Part shown: piece after piece, positions 45,598 through 53,391 of the stretch
Layout of the letters: each line of letters opens with the position of its first letter
Numbering within the stretch: position 1 is the first letter of the stretch
Virus record (IMG/VR): IMGVR_UViG_3300028920_000001
Span: 1-64,000 of that record
DNA: 64,000 bases
From: a virus
Strand: one strand, 5' to 3'
Program-made: the position numbers and the translations under genes
The notes under the pieces: model-generated
The model's database searches: none
Told to the model about the DNA's origin: nothing
What the model saw: the letters and a program-made list of their open reading frames with translations, nothing else

Positions 45598-45944
45598 TAA
45601 TGGGCCGTAAAAATAGATTTCAGATCAGCATTGTCTATGATAATAAATATATTATTTCTATCTACATCATTTTCAATTTGATCTGAAATTCTCATTTTAG
45701 CCATGGATTTAATTCGGTTTTCTAACGTTACTCTGTATTGATTTAACCTAGTCCCATAGAAAATATATAATTGTTCCCTTAGCTTAGACTCTGCCATTTG
45801 TACTAAATGCGTTTCAGTAACATATACTGGATGACTTGGACCGCAATAGTATTTCAAATAACAGAGCCTACCCAATCTGGTTGCGTATGTGGTAACAAGG
45901 GATCTAGGTTTCTTGTCAGAGAAACCATTCATACTAGTGTACAT
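45597..45944 (-). CDS. Hypothetical protein
   Basis: 115-aa ORF whose stop abuts the start of the next gene. Confidence 0.55.
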   Translation of the reverse strand: MYTSMNGFSDKKPRSLVTTYATRLGRLCYLKYYCGPSHPVYVTETHLVQMAESKLREQLYIFYGTRLNQYRVTLENRIKSMAKMRISDQIENDVDRNNIFIIIDNADLKSIFTAH

Positions 45945-46018
45945 GCTATAATACTTTTGTTCAGATCTTTGTGCTGTCTAAATGGCATTGTATAAATTAA
46001 ATATACAATGAAAATGAA

Positions 46019-46618
46019 TCAGACTGTTTTAGAAACTGATTCGTCCTTTTCGACCTTGGACACGAAATCTTCAACTTCGGGTGAGGTAGTCTTCTTAGAA
46101 GAACCCCCACCTACTAATTCTACTTTTTCACCATTCTTTTTGAAGGTATCGGTATTTTTATTAATGGCGTTATAGAGTGATTGACTTGACCAATATCCCC
46201 ATTTTTCAATAGCCAATTTTTTGGCTTCTGCCGGGGTCATAGGTCCATGTTCCTTAAAGATTTGCACTAAAGCTTCCTTTAAGGGAGGGCGACCATTGGC
46301 AGCAGGTTTAGCCGACTTGGTCGCTTTAGCCGGCTTACTTACTTTTTTTGCGGCCTTCTTCGCTGGTTTCTTAGCGGCCTTCTTCGCTGGTTTCTTAGCG
46401 GCCTTCTTCGCTGGTTTCGCAGTCTTGGCCACCTTTTCTTGAGCGACGTTGGACAATCCGCCAACAAGTCCCTTAACTTGTTTCATTGAATCAAGGACTT
46501 TACCTTTTTCACGATTGATAACCGACATTGAATTATCAATTCCCTTTAGTAAATTTTGGACTTTCACAACTGCCTGTTTCGGGGTTGGAGGCTTAGTCTT
46601 TGTCTTGGTTGTACTCAT
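46019..46618 (-). CDS. Histone-H1-like Lys/Ala-repeat DNA-binding protein
   Basis: The central tract is AKKPAKKAAKKPAKKAAKKPAKKAAKKVSKPAKATKSAKPA, followed by a globular C-terminal segment (LKEALVQIFKEHGPMTPAEAKKLAIEKWGYWS). Confidence 0.55.
   Translation of the reverse strand: MSTTKTKTKPPTPKQAVVKVQNLLKGIDNSMSVINREKGKVLDSMKQVKGLVGGLSNVAQEKVAKTAKPAKKAAKKPAKKAAKKPAKKAAKKVSKPAKATKSAKPAANGRPPLKEALVQIFKEHGPMTPAEAKKLAIEKWGYWSSQSLYNAINKNTDTFKKNGEKVELVGGGSSKKTTSPEVEDFVSKVEKDESVSKTV
46350..46418. repeat. 24-nt tandem repeat x2.9 encoding (KKPAKKAA)n
   Basis: gcggccttcttcgctggtttctta repeats exactly at 46350-46373 and 46374-46397, with a partial third copy to 46418. Confidence 0.9.
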
Positions 46619-46639
46619 GGTTTATCCTTCTGGTATAGT

Positions 46640-46843
46640 CTACTGTGTAGACTTTGATCTTTCCTTAAGATCCCGAGAAATCCTGGAGAGATCAGCATTG
46701 CTAATCACCCCAAGTTTTCGACAAATTTTTTCTTTTTGATGTTGATAATTATCTAGAACTGCCACTTTTCTATTATACCCAAACTGGGAGTATATGTTTT
46801 TAAGGCGAGTGTATAATTCATTCCAATTCGGGGCTTTCTTCAT
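46640..46843 (-). CDS. Hypothetical small protein
   Basis: 67-aa ORF, first gene of a - strand run. Confidence 0.5.
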   Translation of the reverse strand: MKKAPNWNELYTRLKNIYSQFGYNRKVAVLDNYQHQKEKICRKLGVISNADLSRISRDLKERSKSTQ

Positions 46844-46890
46844 TTATATCAATTATACAACGAGCAACTATCAAATTTAACGGAGAATCG

Positions 46891-47073
46891 ATGACTAGTA
46901 GTCTTAAATTTGATGAATTTTTAGATAAATTACATGAACTTAAACAAGAGTTTAGGAATCACCATGGTAAGCCTCTAGAAACAATTGAAGAACTTGAAAG
47001 TTATCTGAGGCGGAGAAAGATGGGACTAACTGGAAGAAGGCGTCTTAGGTCACTTAAAGGATTTAATATATGA
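46891..47073 (+). CDS. Hypothetical small protein
   Basis: 60-aa ORF with GGAGA upstream. Its stop overlaps the next start (ATGA). Confidence 0.5.
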   Translation: MTSSLKFDEFLDKLHELKQEFRNHHGKPLETIEELESYLRRRKMGLTGRRRLRSLKGFNI

Positions 47074-47390
47074 TGAAGTTAAAAGATGCCTGGCTTACTT
47101 TAGGCAAAGATCCTGAAGAAATTTATGCTCAAATTTCATCTCAATCTTCCATTTCGTCTAAAGTTGAAGCTATATCGAATTTATTTAATTACGCCAAAAC
47201 TATTTCTAAAAAATTGTTAGCTCAAAGTCATCCAGATAGAAACCCGGGTGATATTGAAGCTGAGAATCGGTTTAAAAGAATTCAACAGGCTCTCAATGCT
47301 ATTGAATTTTATACTAATGAATTCAAGAATAAAGCACAACAGCAGATTGATGATAAATCAGAGGATGGATGTTATATTCAGTTTGAATAG
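47070..47390 (+). CDS. J-domain-only protein
   Basis: LLAQSHPDRNPGDIEAENRFKRIQQALNAIE contains the HPD tripeptide and helix III of a J domain. There is no zinc finger or C-terminal domain. Confidence 0.65.
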   Translation: MMKLKDAWLTLGKDPEEIYAQISSQSSISSKVEAISNLFNYAKTISKKLLAQSHPDRNPGDIEAENRFKRIQQALNAIEFYTNEFKNKAQQQIDDKSEDGCYIQFE

Positions 47391-47466
47391 GGTATATATT
47401 GATGAAATATATAGCATACCTGACTAAAATATATATGGGGTTGAACTTTAATTCATAAGGGTAAAT

Positions 47467-47868
47467 ATGACGACGACTTGTACTACACAAACCATCGGTG
47501 GTGGAATCATCATGCCGAATGGCACTCTAATTTGCATGAGCGATGATGTAAATTCAGCTCCTTACGCCACTACGGTTTGTACCGGGGATCCTGTCGATAA
47601 TATCTGGGCTGAGAAGACAGATTCAGGTTACAGATGTCGTCTTGATTTAATGACTTATGATCAGGTTTGGGACGTACTTACTCGAGTTCCTGAAGCAAAG
47701 GCGGATTTGCTTAGAATTACGGATGATGAATGTTTAGTTTATTTGGCAAATAGTTCGAAATTAAGAATAGATGAAAAAGCAGAGAATCAACGTCTGATGC
47801 ATAAAATGAACCGAGCTCTTCCCTATTATACGTTAATGCGTGGGAATATAGACGGTTCAATCCGTTAA
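47467..47868 (+). CDS. Hypothetical protein
   Basis: 133-aa ORF with AAGGG upstream. Confidence 0.55.
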   Translation: MTTTCTTQTIGGGIIMPNGTLICMSDDVNSAPYATTVCTGDPVDNIWAEKTDSGYRCRLDLMTYDQVWDVLTRVPEAKADLLRITDDECLVYLANSSKLRIDEKAENQRLMHKMNRALPYYTLMRGNIDGSIR

Positions 47869-48369
47869 TTCTTTTCCGTAATATCCATCGACAGCACGCT
47901 GGGTAACTACTTCAGCTTTTTCACTGACTAATTTAGTCAAATCCAAATCAAAACAGAATGCTAAGACTGCAGCATAAATGATAACATCTGGTAGTTCTGA
48001 GATAATAGCTTTTCTTACTAATTCATAATCATAACCATCGCGAAGTGCTTTAACGATTTTATTACACATCTCCCCGGCTTCACCTGCTACACCAGCGCCA
48101 TAATATAAACCCGGATTTTGTCCATAGGCAGCCTTTGGTGCCATCTTCTTGATTTCACACAGAATCTTATGCGATTTGAGTACTGCATGAAAAATATCAT
48201 CTGGTGCCTTATCTAATTTGGTTTCAAGTTCTTTAACTCTTTCCCCGAGATAGTATGGGACTTCCTGTTCCCAATTTTTTTCACGAGTTCCACTTAAAAC
48301 TAAACCGAGCTTTTCTAATTCATTCAATCTAGAATGAATTTCAGTTTTGGTTTCAACTACTTCAGTCAC
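47857..48369 (-). CDS. mazG: MazG-like nucleoside triphosphate pyrophosphohydrolase
   Basis: GVAGEAGEMCNKIVKALRDG...ELPDVIIYAAVLAFCFDLDL matches the EExGE...ELxDv helix pair of the MazG / all-alpha NTP-PPase family. Confidence 0.6.
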   Translation of the reverse strand: MTEVVETKTEIHSRLNELEKLGLVLSGTREKNWEQEVPYYLGERVKELETKLDKAPDDIFHAVLKSHKILCEIKKMAPKAAYGQNPGLYYGAGVAGEAGEMCNKIVKALRDGYDYELVRKAIISELPDVIIYAAVLAFCFDLDLTKLVSEKAEVVTQRAVDGYYGKELTD

Positions 48370-49049
48370 AGTGTATCACTCCTGTTATTTTTCAGTTCTT
48401 CGGGAAAACAAGTATTTTTTATTCCATCAGCTTCTGAATACAGCGTGAAATAAAACATAGGGGCATCGAATTTTTGTATTTCAACACTCTCTTTTTCCAT
48501 CATTTTAAGATCATCCAAAAATCGATTATAAAAAGGAATAATTTCATAATTATTATGCATCGCTTCTCGTCGCATGAATTGAAATAAACTCAGAAAATCA
48601 GCGGCCTTAACAATGGTTTCTATATATTGACGTCGATCTGATGCTTCTTTTCCACTCTTATCACCGCACATCCAAGCTAAGTCGAATTGTACTAGTTTGC
48701 GGATACGCGATGGTAACTTATTAGCTAGTACATGTTCTGCTTTATTTATCTCTTCTCTCAAATGATTACTCGTATATTTAAAAACACGAACTACATCTCC
48801 TGTCACACATTCTGGTAAATCATGCATTAAAGCATGAAATACAATGGGACCCATTAACTGAATATTATTAGGATTAGTGGCTTGATGAATCATTGCTGCA
48901 TATAATGCAACCCAATAACTATGATCCGCGGTATTTTCGGGTATTGAAATAGGGATACTACTATATCGCCAGACTGAACTTAAACGACGAATATCCCCGC
49001 TCGCCTGTTTAATCAGTTCCGCCCAGGGCGGTGGAGTCTGTATGGCCAT
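48366..49049 (-). CDS. HD-domain phosphohydrolase, YfbR-like 5'-deoxynucleotidase
   Basis: ENTADHSYWVALYAAMI...HALMHDLPECVTGDV parallels the YfbR pattern EnvAEHS..VA...HDxxExxTGD. Confidence 0.6.
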   Translation of the reverse strand: MAIQTPPPWAELIKQASGDIRRLSSVWRYSSIPISIPENTADHSYWVALYAAMIHQATNPNNIQLMGPIVFHALMHDLPECVTGDVVRVFKYTSNHLREEINKAEHVLANKLPSRIRKLVQFDLAWMCGDKSGKEASDRRQYIETIVKAADFLSLFQFMRREAMHNNYEIIPFYNRFLDDLKMMEKESVEIQKFDAPMFYFTLYSEADGIKNTCFPEELKNNRSDTL

Positions 49050-49266
49050 TGTTTAAAAGTACATCTAGGCCATTATCGTGACAGCACTGAGCAGCAATAT
49101 CACTAGCTCGATGAATCGAAAAAGAAACCTTACGCTGATTAAATTCGTCGAGTAAGGTATGGAATTCATTATCAGTCAAAAATACATGTTCGATTCGAGG
49201 TCCCTCTGGATCTTCAAATTCGACTGTATACATTTGTTTCTTTGGAGTTCTGGAAAGATCTGACAT
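49009..49266 (-). CDS. Hypothetical small protein
   Basis: 85-aa ORF that overlaps the downstream HD gene by 41 nt. Confidence 0.45.
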   Translation of the reverse strand: MSDLSRTPKKQMYTVEFEDPEGPRIEHVFLTDNEFHTLLDEFNQRKVSFSIHRASDIAAQCCHDNGLDVLLNNGHTDSTALGGTD

Positions 49267-49312
49267 ATCCCGTTATTCTACCGATGATGAACTGTGACTG
49301 AAATGTGAAAGT

Positions 49313-49651
49313 GTGAAATTCGAGCTTGTACATTCCGGTATGAGAAATGTTGTCGATTTGGACACTTCCAGCATTCCCAAAAATAAATCACCTTTAATTA
49401 AATCACAAGAAATCTCTTACATCGGAAGATGCTTAGGATGTAGCGAAATGGATGTTCTGATTGATGGAGCTTGTACAGGTTGCATTGATCTTTATGGAGA
49501 AAAATGCGGGGCTATGTTCCAAAAAATCAGACAAGATCCAAAGTTTGCTCGTCTTTGTTATGAAAAACTTCGGCACGAAGAATCTAAGAAGCAATTCATT
49601 GAATTTTTCGGATCGCAAATCCTCGATGTTGCTACAAGCGGAGTTATTTAG
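49313..49651 (+). CDS. Hypothetical Cys-containing protein
   Basis: The track start is a GTG. An in-frame ATG lies at 49340. Contains CLGC...CTGC. Confidence 0.5.
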   Translation: MKFELVHSGMRNVVDLDTSSIPKNKSPLIKSQEISYIGRCLGCSEMDVLIDGACTGCIDLYGEKCGAMFQKIRQDPKFARLCYEKLRHEESKKQFIEFFGSQILDVATSGVI

Positions 49652-50126
49652 TCCGCTTGTAGATATCTGCTAACGATTCATCTGGATTAATTCGTCTAGA
49701 TTCTAAACCTTGAACTAATGTATCGATATCTAGATTCATTAGATTAGCTGCAACCGTTAACGCATCTAGTCTTTCTACCGGATCTTTATATTTTTTCGAA
49801 TCTTTAATTAATTGTTCGGCTCGTTCTTTTTTCCAATTGTTTTCATTAGTAGGATGGAATTGGACTATTTTATTTTTTTCAACGGCTAACCATTTCCCAG
49901 TTTCCCATTCCTTGGGTTCACAAATTTCGAATTCTTCGTTAGTTAGTGGACCCTGAAATTTAACGAATTTTAATTTAGTTTCTGCTTCTTTTTCTATTTG
50001 AAGAAGACTGTTATTCTCATCTTGAATAATAAGAAGTTCTGGAATGTATGGCTTTACCTTTGGAGGAAGCCTATCTTTCATTCCATAAGCAACAATATGA
50101 TAAGTCATATCCGATGAGTAGGTCAT
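49644..50126 (-). CDS. Hypothetical protein
   Basis: 160-aa ORF. Confidence 0.55.
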   Translation of the reverse strand: MTYSSDMTYHIVAYGMKDRLPPKVKPYIPELLIIQDENNSLLQIEKEAETKLKFVKFQGPLTNEEFEICEPKEWETGKWLAVEKNKIVQFHPTNENNWKKERAEQLIKDSKKYKDPVERLDALTVAANLMNLDIDTLVQGLESRRINPDESLADIYKRTK

Positions 50127-50178
50127 GATCTAATCTACAATTTGGATATGACTTATCAGTATCTATTATGACAGCTTA

Positions 50179-50868
50179 TTAACTGGCTATTTTCTGTAGG
50201 CAGATTTTCACCAATTCTTCGATTGGCATGTCATCTACTGCTGGTCCTAAGTCCTCGAGAATTTTCTTAGCCTGAGGCTTCTTAAACCCGAGGTCAGTCA
50301 GAGCAGCCAGTGCTTTCTGGTAATTTTGCGAAGCTTCCGGATCGAAAAACGGTTTCGGCTTCGGGAAATCGATGATATGGAATTCTTCTTTAGGCTGAAA
50401 TTCCACCGGATGCATCGGTGCAGGCTGGGCCGATTTCTTAATATCCTTAACAGTAAGCTTCTTCGCTTCTGAGTCTAGAAGCTTCTTTGCTCGATTCCGA
50501 GTTTTATCATTCAAAGATTTTTCAAAGGCCGTGGCTGTAACTGGATCATTAATCAGGCATCCATGATTTACTACGTTGATCATAAAATCAACGTATTCAA
50601 TTTCTTCCATTTCTCGGCTACGAATCCCAATTAGGGAACAATCCATGAAAATCCCGAGGGCTCGATATCCTTCATTGACCTGATTGTGGAAAATTAGAAG
50701 GATCCGTTCGATTGTCTGGACTGCCCATTCATTAGGAGCTTCTACCAAAACTAATTTTTCGATTCCACCAAATGGACCGGGAATAGTCTTGGCGAAGAGG
50801 AAAGCTGCTTTGGCACATCCGAAAGAGGGGTGCTCGGGGCCGATTGCATTAGCTTTGAGTGTCTTCAT
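50179..50868 (-). CDS. Hypothetical protein with RuvA-domain-III-like C-terminus
   Basis: The C-terminal YQKALAALTDLGFKKPQAKKILEDLGPAVDDMPIEELVKICLQKIAS resembles RuvA domain III (AVsALvALGYKpqEAsrmV......s.E.lIreAL). This is recollection. The N-terminal 170 aa are unassigned. Confidence 0.4.
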   Translation of the reverse strand: MKTLKANAIGPEHPSFGCAKAAFLFAKTIPGPFGGIEKLVLVEAPNEWAVQTIERILLIFHNQVNEGYRALGIFMDCSLIGIRSREMEEIEYVDFMINVVNHGCLINDPVTATAFEKSLNDKTRNRAKKLLDSEAKKLTVKDIKKSAQPAPMHPVEFQPKEEFHIIDFPKPKPFFDPEASQNYQKALAALTDLGFKKPQAKKILEDLGPAVDDMPIEELVKICLQKIAS

Positions 50869-50905
50869 ATTTCGGGATACGGCCTGTACCCGAACACTTA
50901 CGTCG

Positions 50906-51193
50906 TCACTTGATTATTTCTAGAGATAGGTCTTCCAGCCGGACGCTGACATTCTTGAGAGTGTCATCTTCAGGTACGAACCAATATCCATTAACTAAAT
51001 CGGCCCCAAATTTACATAATCGAATTCCTCTTTTTAGAGATAATCCTAACCATCGTTTGGTTTTAAGATGAAATAAGGCATGGGTATCTTTAAAATCGGC
51101 CATCATCATTGGCTGTTCATTAAATATATCTTCTGCAGTTAATAATATTAGCCGTCCTTTAACCGGGACTATTCCCCAATCTATCGGCTTCAT
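50906..51193 (-). CDS. Hypothetical small protein
   Basis: 95-aa ORF. Confidence 0.5.
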   Translation of the reverse strand: MKPIDWGIVPVKGRLILLTAEDIFNEQPMMMADFKDTHALFHLKTKRWLGLSLKRGIRLCKFGADLVNGYWFVPEDDTLKNVSVRLEDLSLEIIK

Positions 51194-51212
51194 ATTTTAT
51201 TTTACTTTTTAT

Positions 51213-51224
51213 TTGTCCGGACAA
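51213..51224. promoter_or_regulatory. Perfect 12-bp palindrome in a 35-bp divergent intergenic region (candidate operator)
   Basis: ttgtccggacaa lies between the start of 50906..51193 (-) and the start of 51229..51777 (+). Confidence 0.4.
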
Positions 51225-51228
51225 GTGG

Positions 51229-51777
51229 ATGTTAGAATACGACAAATTAATAAATGATCTCTCGAATGAATTTTCGGGTTTTGAAATAATCCCTAAAAAT
51301 CAAAGCATTTTGATGAAAATCATTAATGTTGTCTTGAAGATACTATCATTCGGATTGATGAAAACCTTCATGACTACTTTTGTTACCACAATTGGTAGCA
51401 AAGTATACGTTCCAGCATCTTGGGAAACTGAATGGGACGAAACTAGCAAGATTTCAGTTTTAAGACACGAACGAGTCCATATTCTTCAGAAGAAGAAATA
51501 CTCTTTCATATTATTTGCTATCCTTTATCTCTTTGTCCCGCTTCCAATAGGTTTGGCCTATTTCCGGAAGAAGTTTGAGCAAGAAGCTTACGAAGAGACT
51601 ATGAGAGCCACCGCTGAATTACGCGGTGCGATTTACTTGGATTTGCCTGAATACAAGGATTTCATTATTGGCCAATTTGTGAGTGCCAATTATCTGTGGA
51701 CTTGGTTATTTCGAAAGTCTATAGAATCTTGGTATGACCAAACCAGAGACAAGATTTTACTCGAGGTATCAAAATGA
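51229..51777 (+). CDS. Membrane protein with HExxH motif (putative zinc metallopeptidase)
   Basis: Hydrophobic segments IINVVLKILSFGLMKTFMTTFVTTIG and FILFAILYLFVPLPIGLAYF flank LRHERVHILQ. Confidence 0.4.
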   Translation: MLEYDKLINDLSNEFSGFEIIPKNQSILMKIINVVLKILSFGLMKTFMTTFVTTIGSKVYVPASWETEWDETSKISVLRHERVHILQKKKYSFILFAILYLFVPLPIGLAYFRKKFEQEAYEETMRATAELRGAIYLDLPEYKDFIIGQFVSANYLWTWLFRKSIESWYDQTRDKILLEVSK

Positions 51778-52238
51778 TTGACGAAATCACCAAAGAAATT
51801 TCGCTGGCCGGTCTAGCGGTAATTGTGATTGCTTGTGTAGCTCTCACTAAAATCGTTCGCAAGATCGTTGAAACCTCAATTCCGGCTTGGAGGAAAAAGG
51901 CTGACGAAAATCATCCGGATAAGACTTATGCCACCAATATGAGTCGGTGGTGGAACCAAGTTATCCTGTACGTCATTCCAGTCACGATTGGACTTCTACT
52001 GGGATTTATTAAGTCCGAATTTATTTTTGGAAAAATTGATACCCTTAGCGGTAAGATGTTTTATGGTGCGTCTGTCGGCTGGATGTCCGGATTTCTGGTT
52101 AAAATATTCTTCCAGTTAATTAAAGAAAAGACCGGGGTAGACGTCTCTAAGGTTGCGGATATGGATCCCAACCCAATGGCCAGTGTTAGTAAAGATGTAG
52201 ATTCTACGTCTGATGATCAGGACAAGGAAGAGGCCTGA
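51774..52238 (+). CDS. Three-TM membrane protein with acidic C-terminus (holin-like topology)
   Basis: TM candidates are ISLAGLAVIVIACVALTKIV, VILYVIPVTIGLLLGFI and FYGASVGWMSGFLVKIFF. The tail is DVDSTSDDQDKEEA. Confidence 0.35.
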   Translation: MIDEITKEISLAGLAVIVIACVALTKIVRKIVETSIPAWRKKADENHPDKTYATNMSRWWNQVILYVIPVTIGLLLGFIKSEFIFGKIDTLSGKMFYGASVGWMSGFLVKIFFQLIKEKTGVDVSKVADMDPNPMASVSKDVDSTSDDQDKEEA

Positions 52239-53391
52239 TTGACGGCATTTTGCAGGTCGGACAAAGCGGAATCCGGTCCAACTCCTCTTGTACTTTATCA
52301 AGCTCGGATTGGATGGTATCTCTCTGGCTCGAGAGTGCCCTTTCCTCGTCCTTAAGTTGATTCAGGCGGCGTAAGTACCCCTTGCCATTGGAAAGCTTTT
52401 CCGTGCATTCTTCGGAACCCGGAATGGTTATTTCAACAGAAAGTAAATCTACCCTTTTTTGGGCTGATTGAAATTGATTGAGGATCCTTATACCCTTGGA
52501 TATTCTTTGGATATTTTCAAGGTCTTCGATTTTTGAAATTTGAACATCTTCAATCGGCTTTAATCGAATTATTCTCTTAGCTATATTTTGAAGTTTAATC
52601 CAAACCTTGAGCATATTTTGAAGTCTATCTATCTTATATTGTTTTATTGGAGACGGAATTTTAACCAGCTCAATTTGATTGAGTTTTTGAATTTGATTGG
52701 ATAATACCTCAATCTTGGACATAAATTCTTCGATGGCTAAAATTCTCTCACTATATTCTTCAATAGATTCAAATTGACTATCTAGATCAGATTCGAGTTC
52801 GAGCAGATCATCTAATTTATCAAGTTTACCATCTTTGGCTTTTAACTTTTCAACATTTTTCTCATAGATTTTAGCTTCATCTAAGGCCCGTTTTCTATTC
52901 CTAACGTTGATTAAGATTCCGCTTTGTAATACCTTTAATCTACTAACTTCTGAAATAAAATCAGTAACAGCTGGGCCAGAACGGTCTACTAAAAAGAGAG
53001 GGAAAAATTGTCGGGCATGCCAGGGGTGAATTACATCTGATCCAATCTTAATAGCTTGAAATCCGATATCCTGGATAAAGTCAGTCTGTCCAGCACCAAC
53101 TTTGTCGAGTGGTTTTTCTTTGCCTGGGAGCCAATACCGGTTGACCCCTCTTTCTGCTTTTTCCCATTTTAAACCCCAATCAGATGACTGAAGTTCAACT
53201 GTAGTATATTTTTCCCCTTGACGAACTAGGCTTACAACCGGAATATTTAAAAGAGCCCCGGAGATTGCTCGAATAATGGCACTTTTTCCAATATTAGTTT
53301 TACCGGTTATGCAAGTAAATCCAGATATCTCAAATTGGAGATCCGCAATGCTCTGGAAGTTCTGAATATGAACCTTAATTGAATCAGTCAT
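52204..53391 (-). CDS. Rad50/SbcC-like ATPase N-terminal half + coiled coil ending in CxxC
   Basis: Walker A ITGKTNIGKSAI in an SMC/Rad50-like N-terminal context, then ~230 aa of heptad-rich sequence. The C-terminus is LCPTCKMPSIRPLPCPDHQT. No signature motif or Walker B was seen. Confidence 0.5.
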   Translation of the reverse strand: MTDSIKVHIQNFQSIADLQFEISGFTCITGKTNIGKSAIIRAISGALLNIPVVSLVRQGEKYTTVELQSSDWGLKWEKAERGVNRYWLPGKEKPLDKVGAGQTDFIQDIGFQAIKIGSDVIHPWHARQFFPLFLVDRSGPAVTDFISEVSRLKVLQSGILINVRNRKRALDEAKIYEKNVEKLKAKDGKLDKLDDLLELESDLDSQFESIEEYSERILAIEEFMSKIEVLSNQIQKLNQIELVKIPSPIKQYKIDRLQNMLKVWIKLQNIAKRIIRLKPIEDVQISKIEDLENIQRISKGIRILNQFQSAQKRVDLLSVEITIPGSEECTEKLSNGKGYLRRLNQLKDEERALSSQRDTIQSELDKVQEELDRIPLCPTCKMPSIRPLPCPDHQT

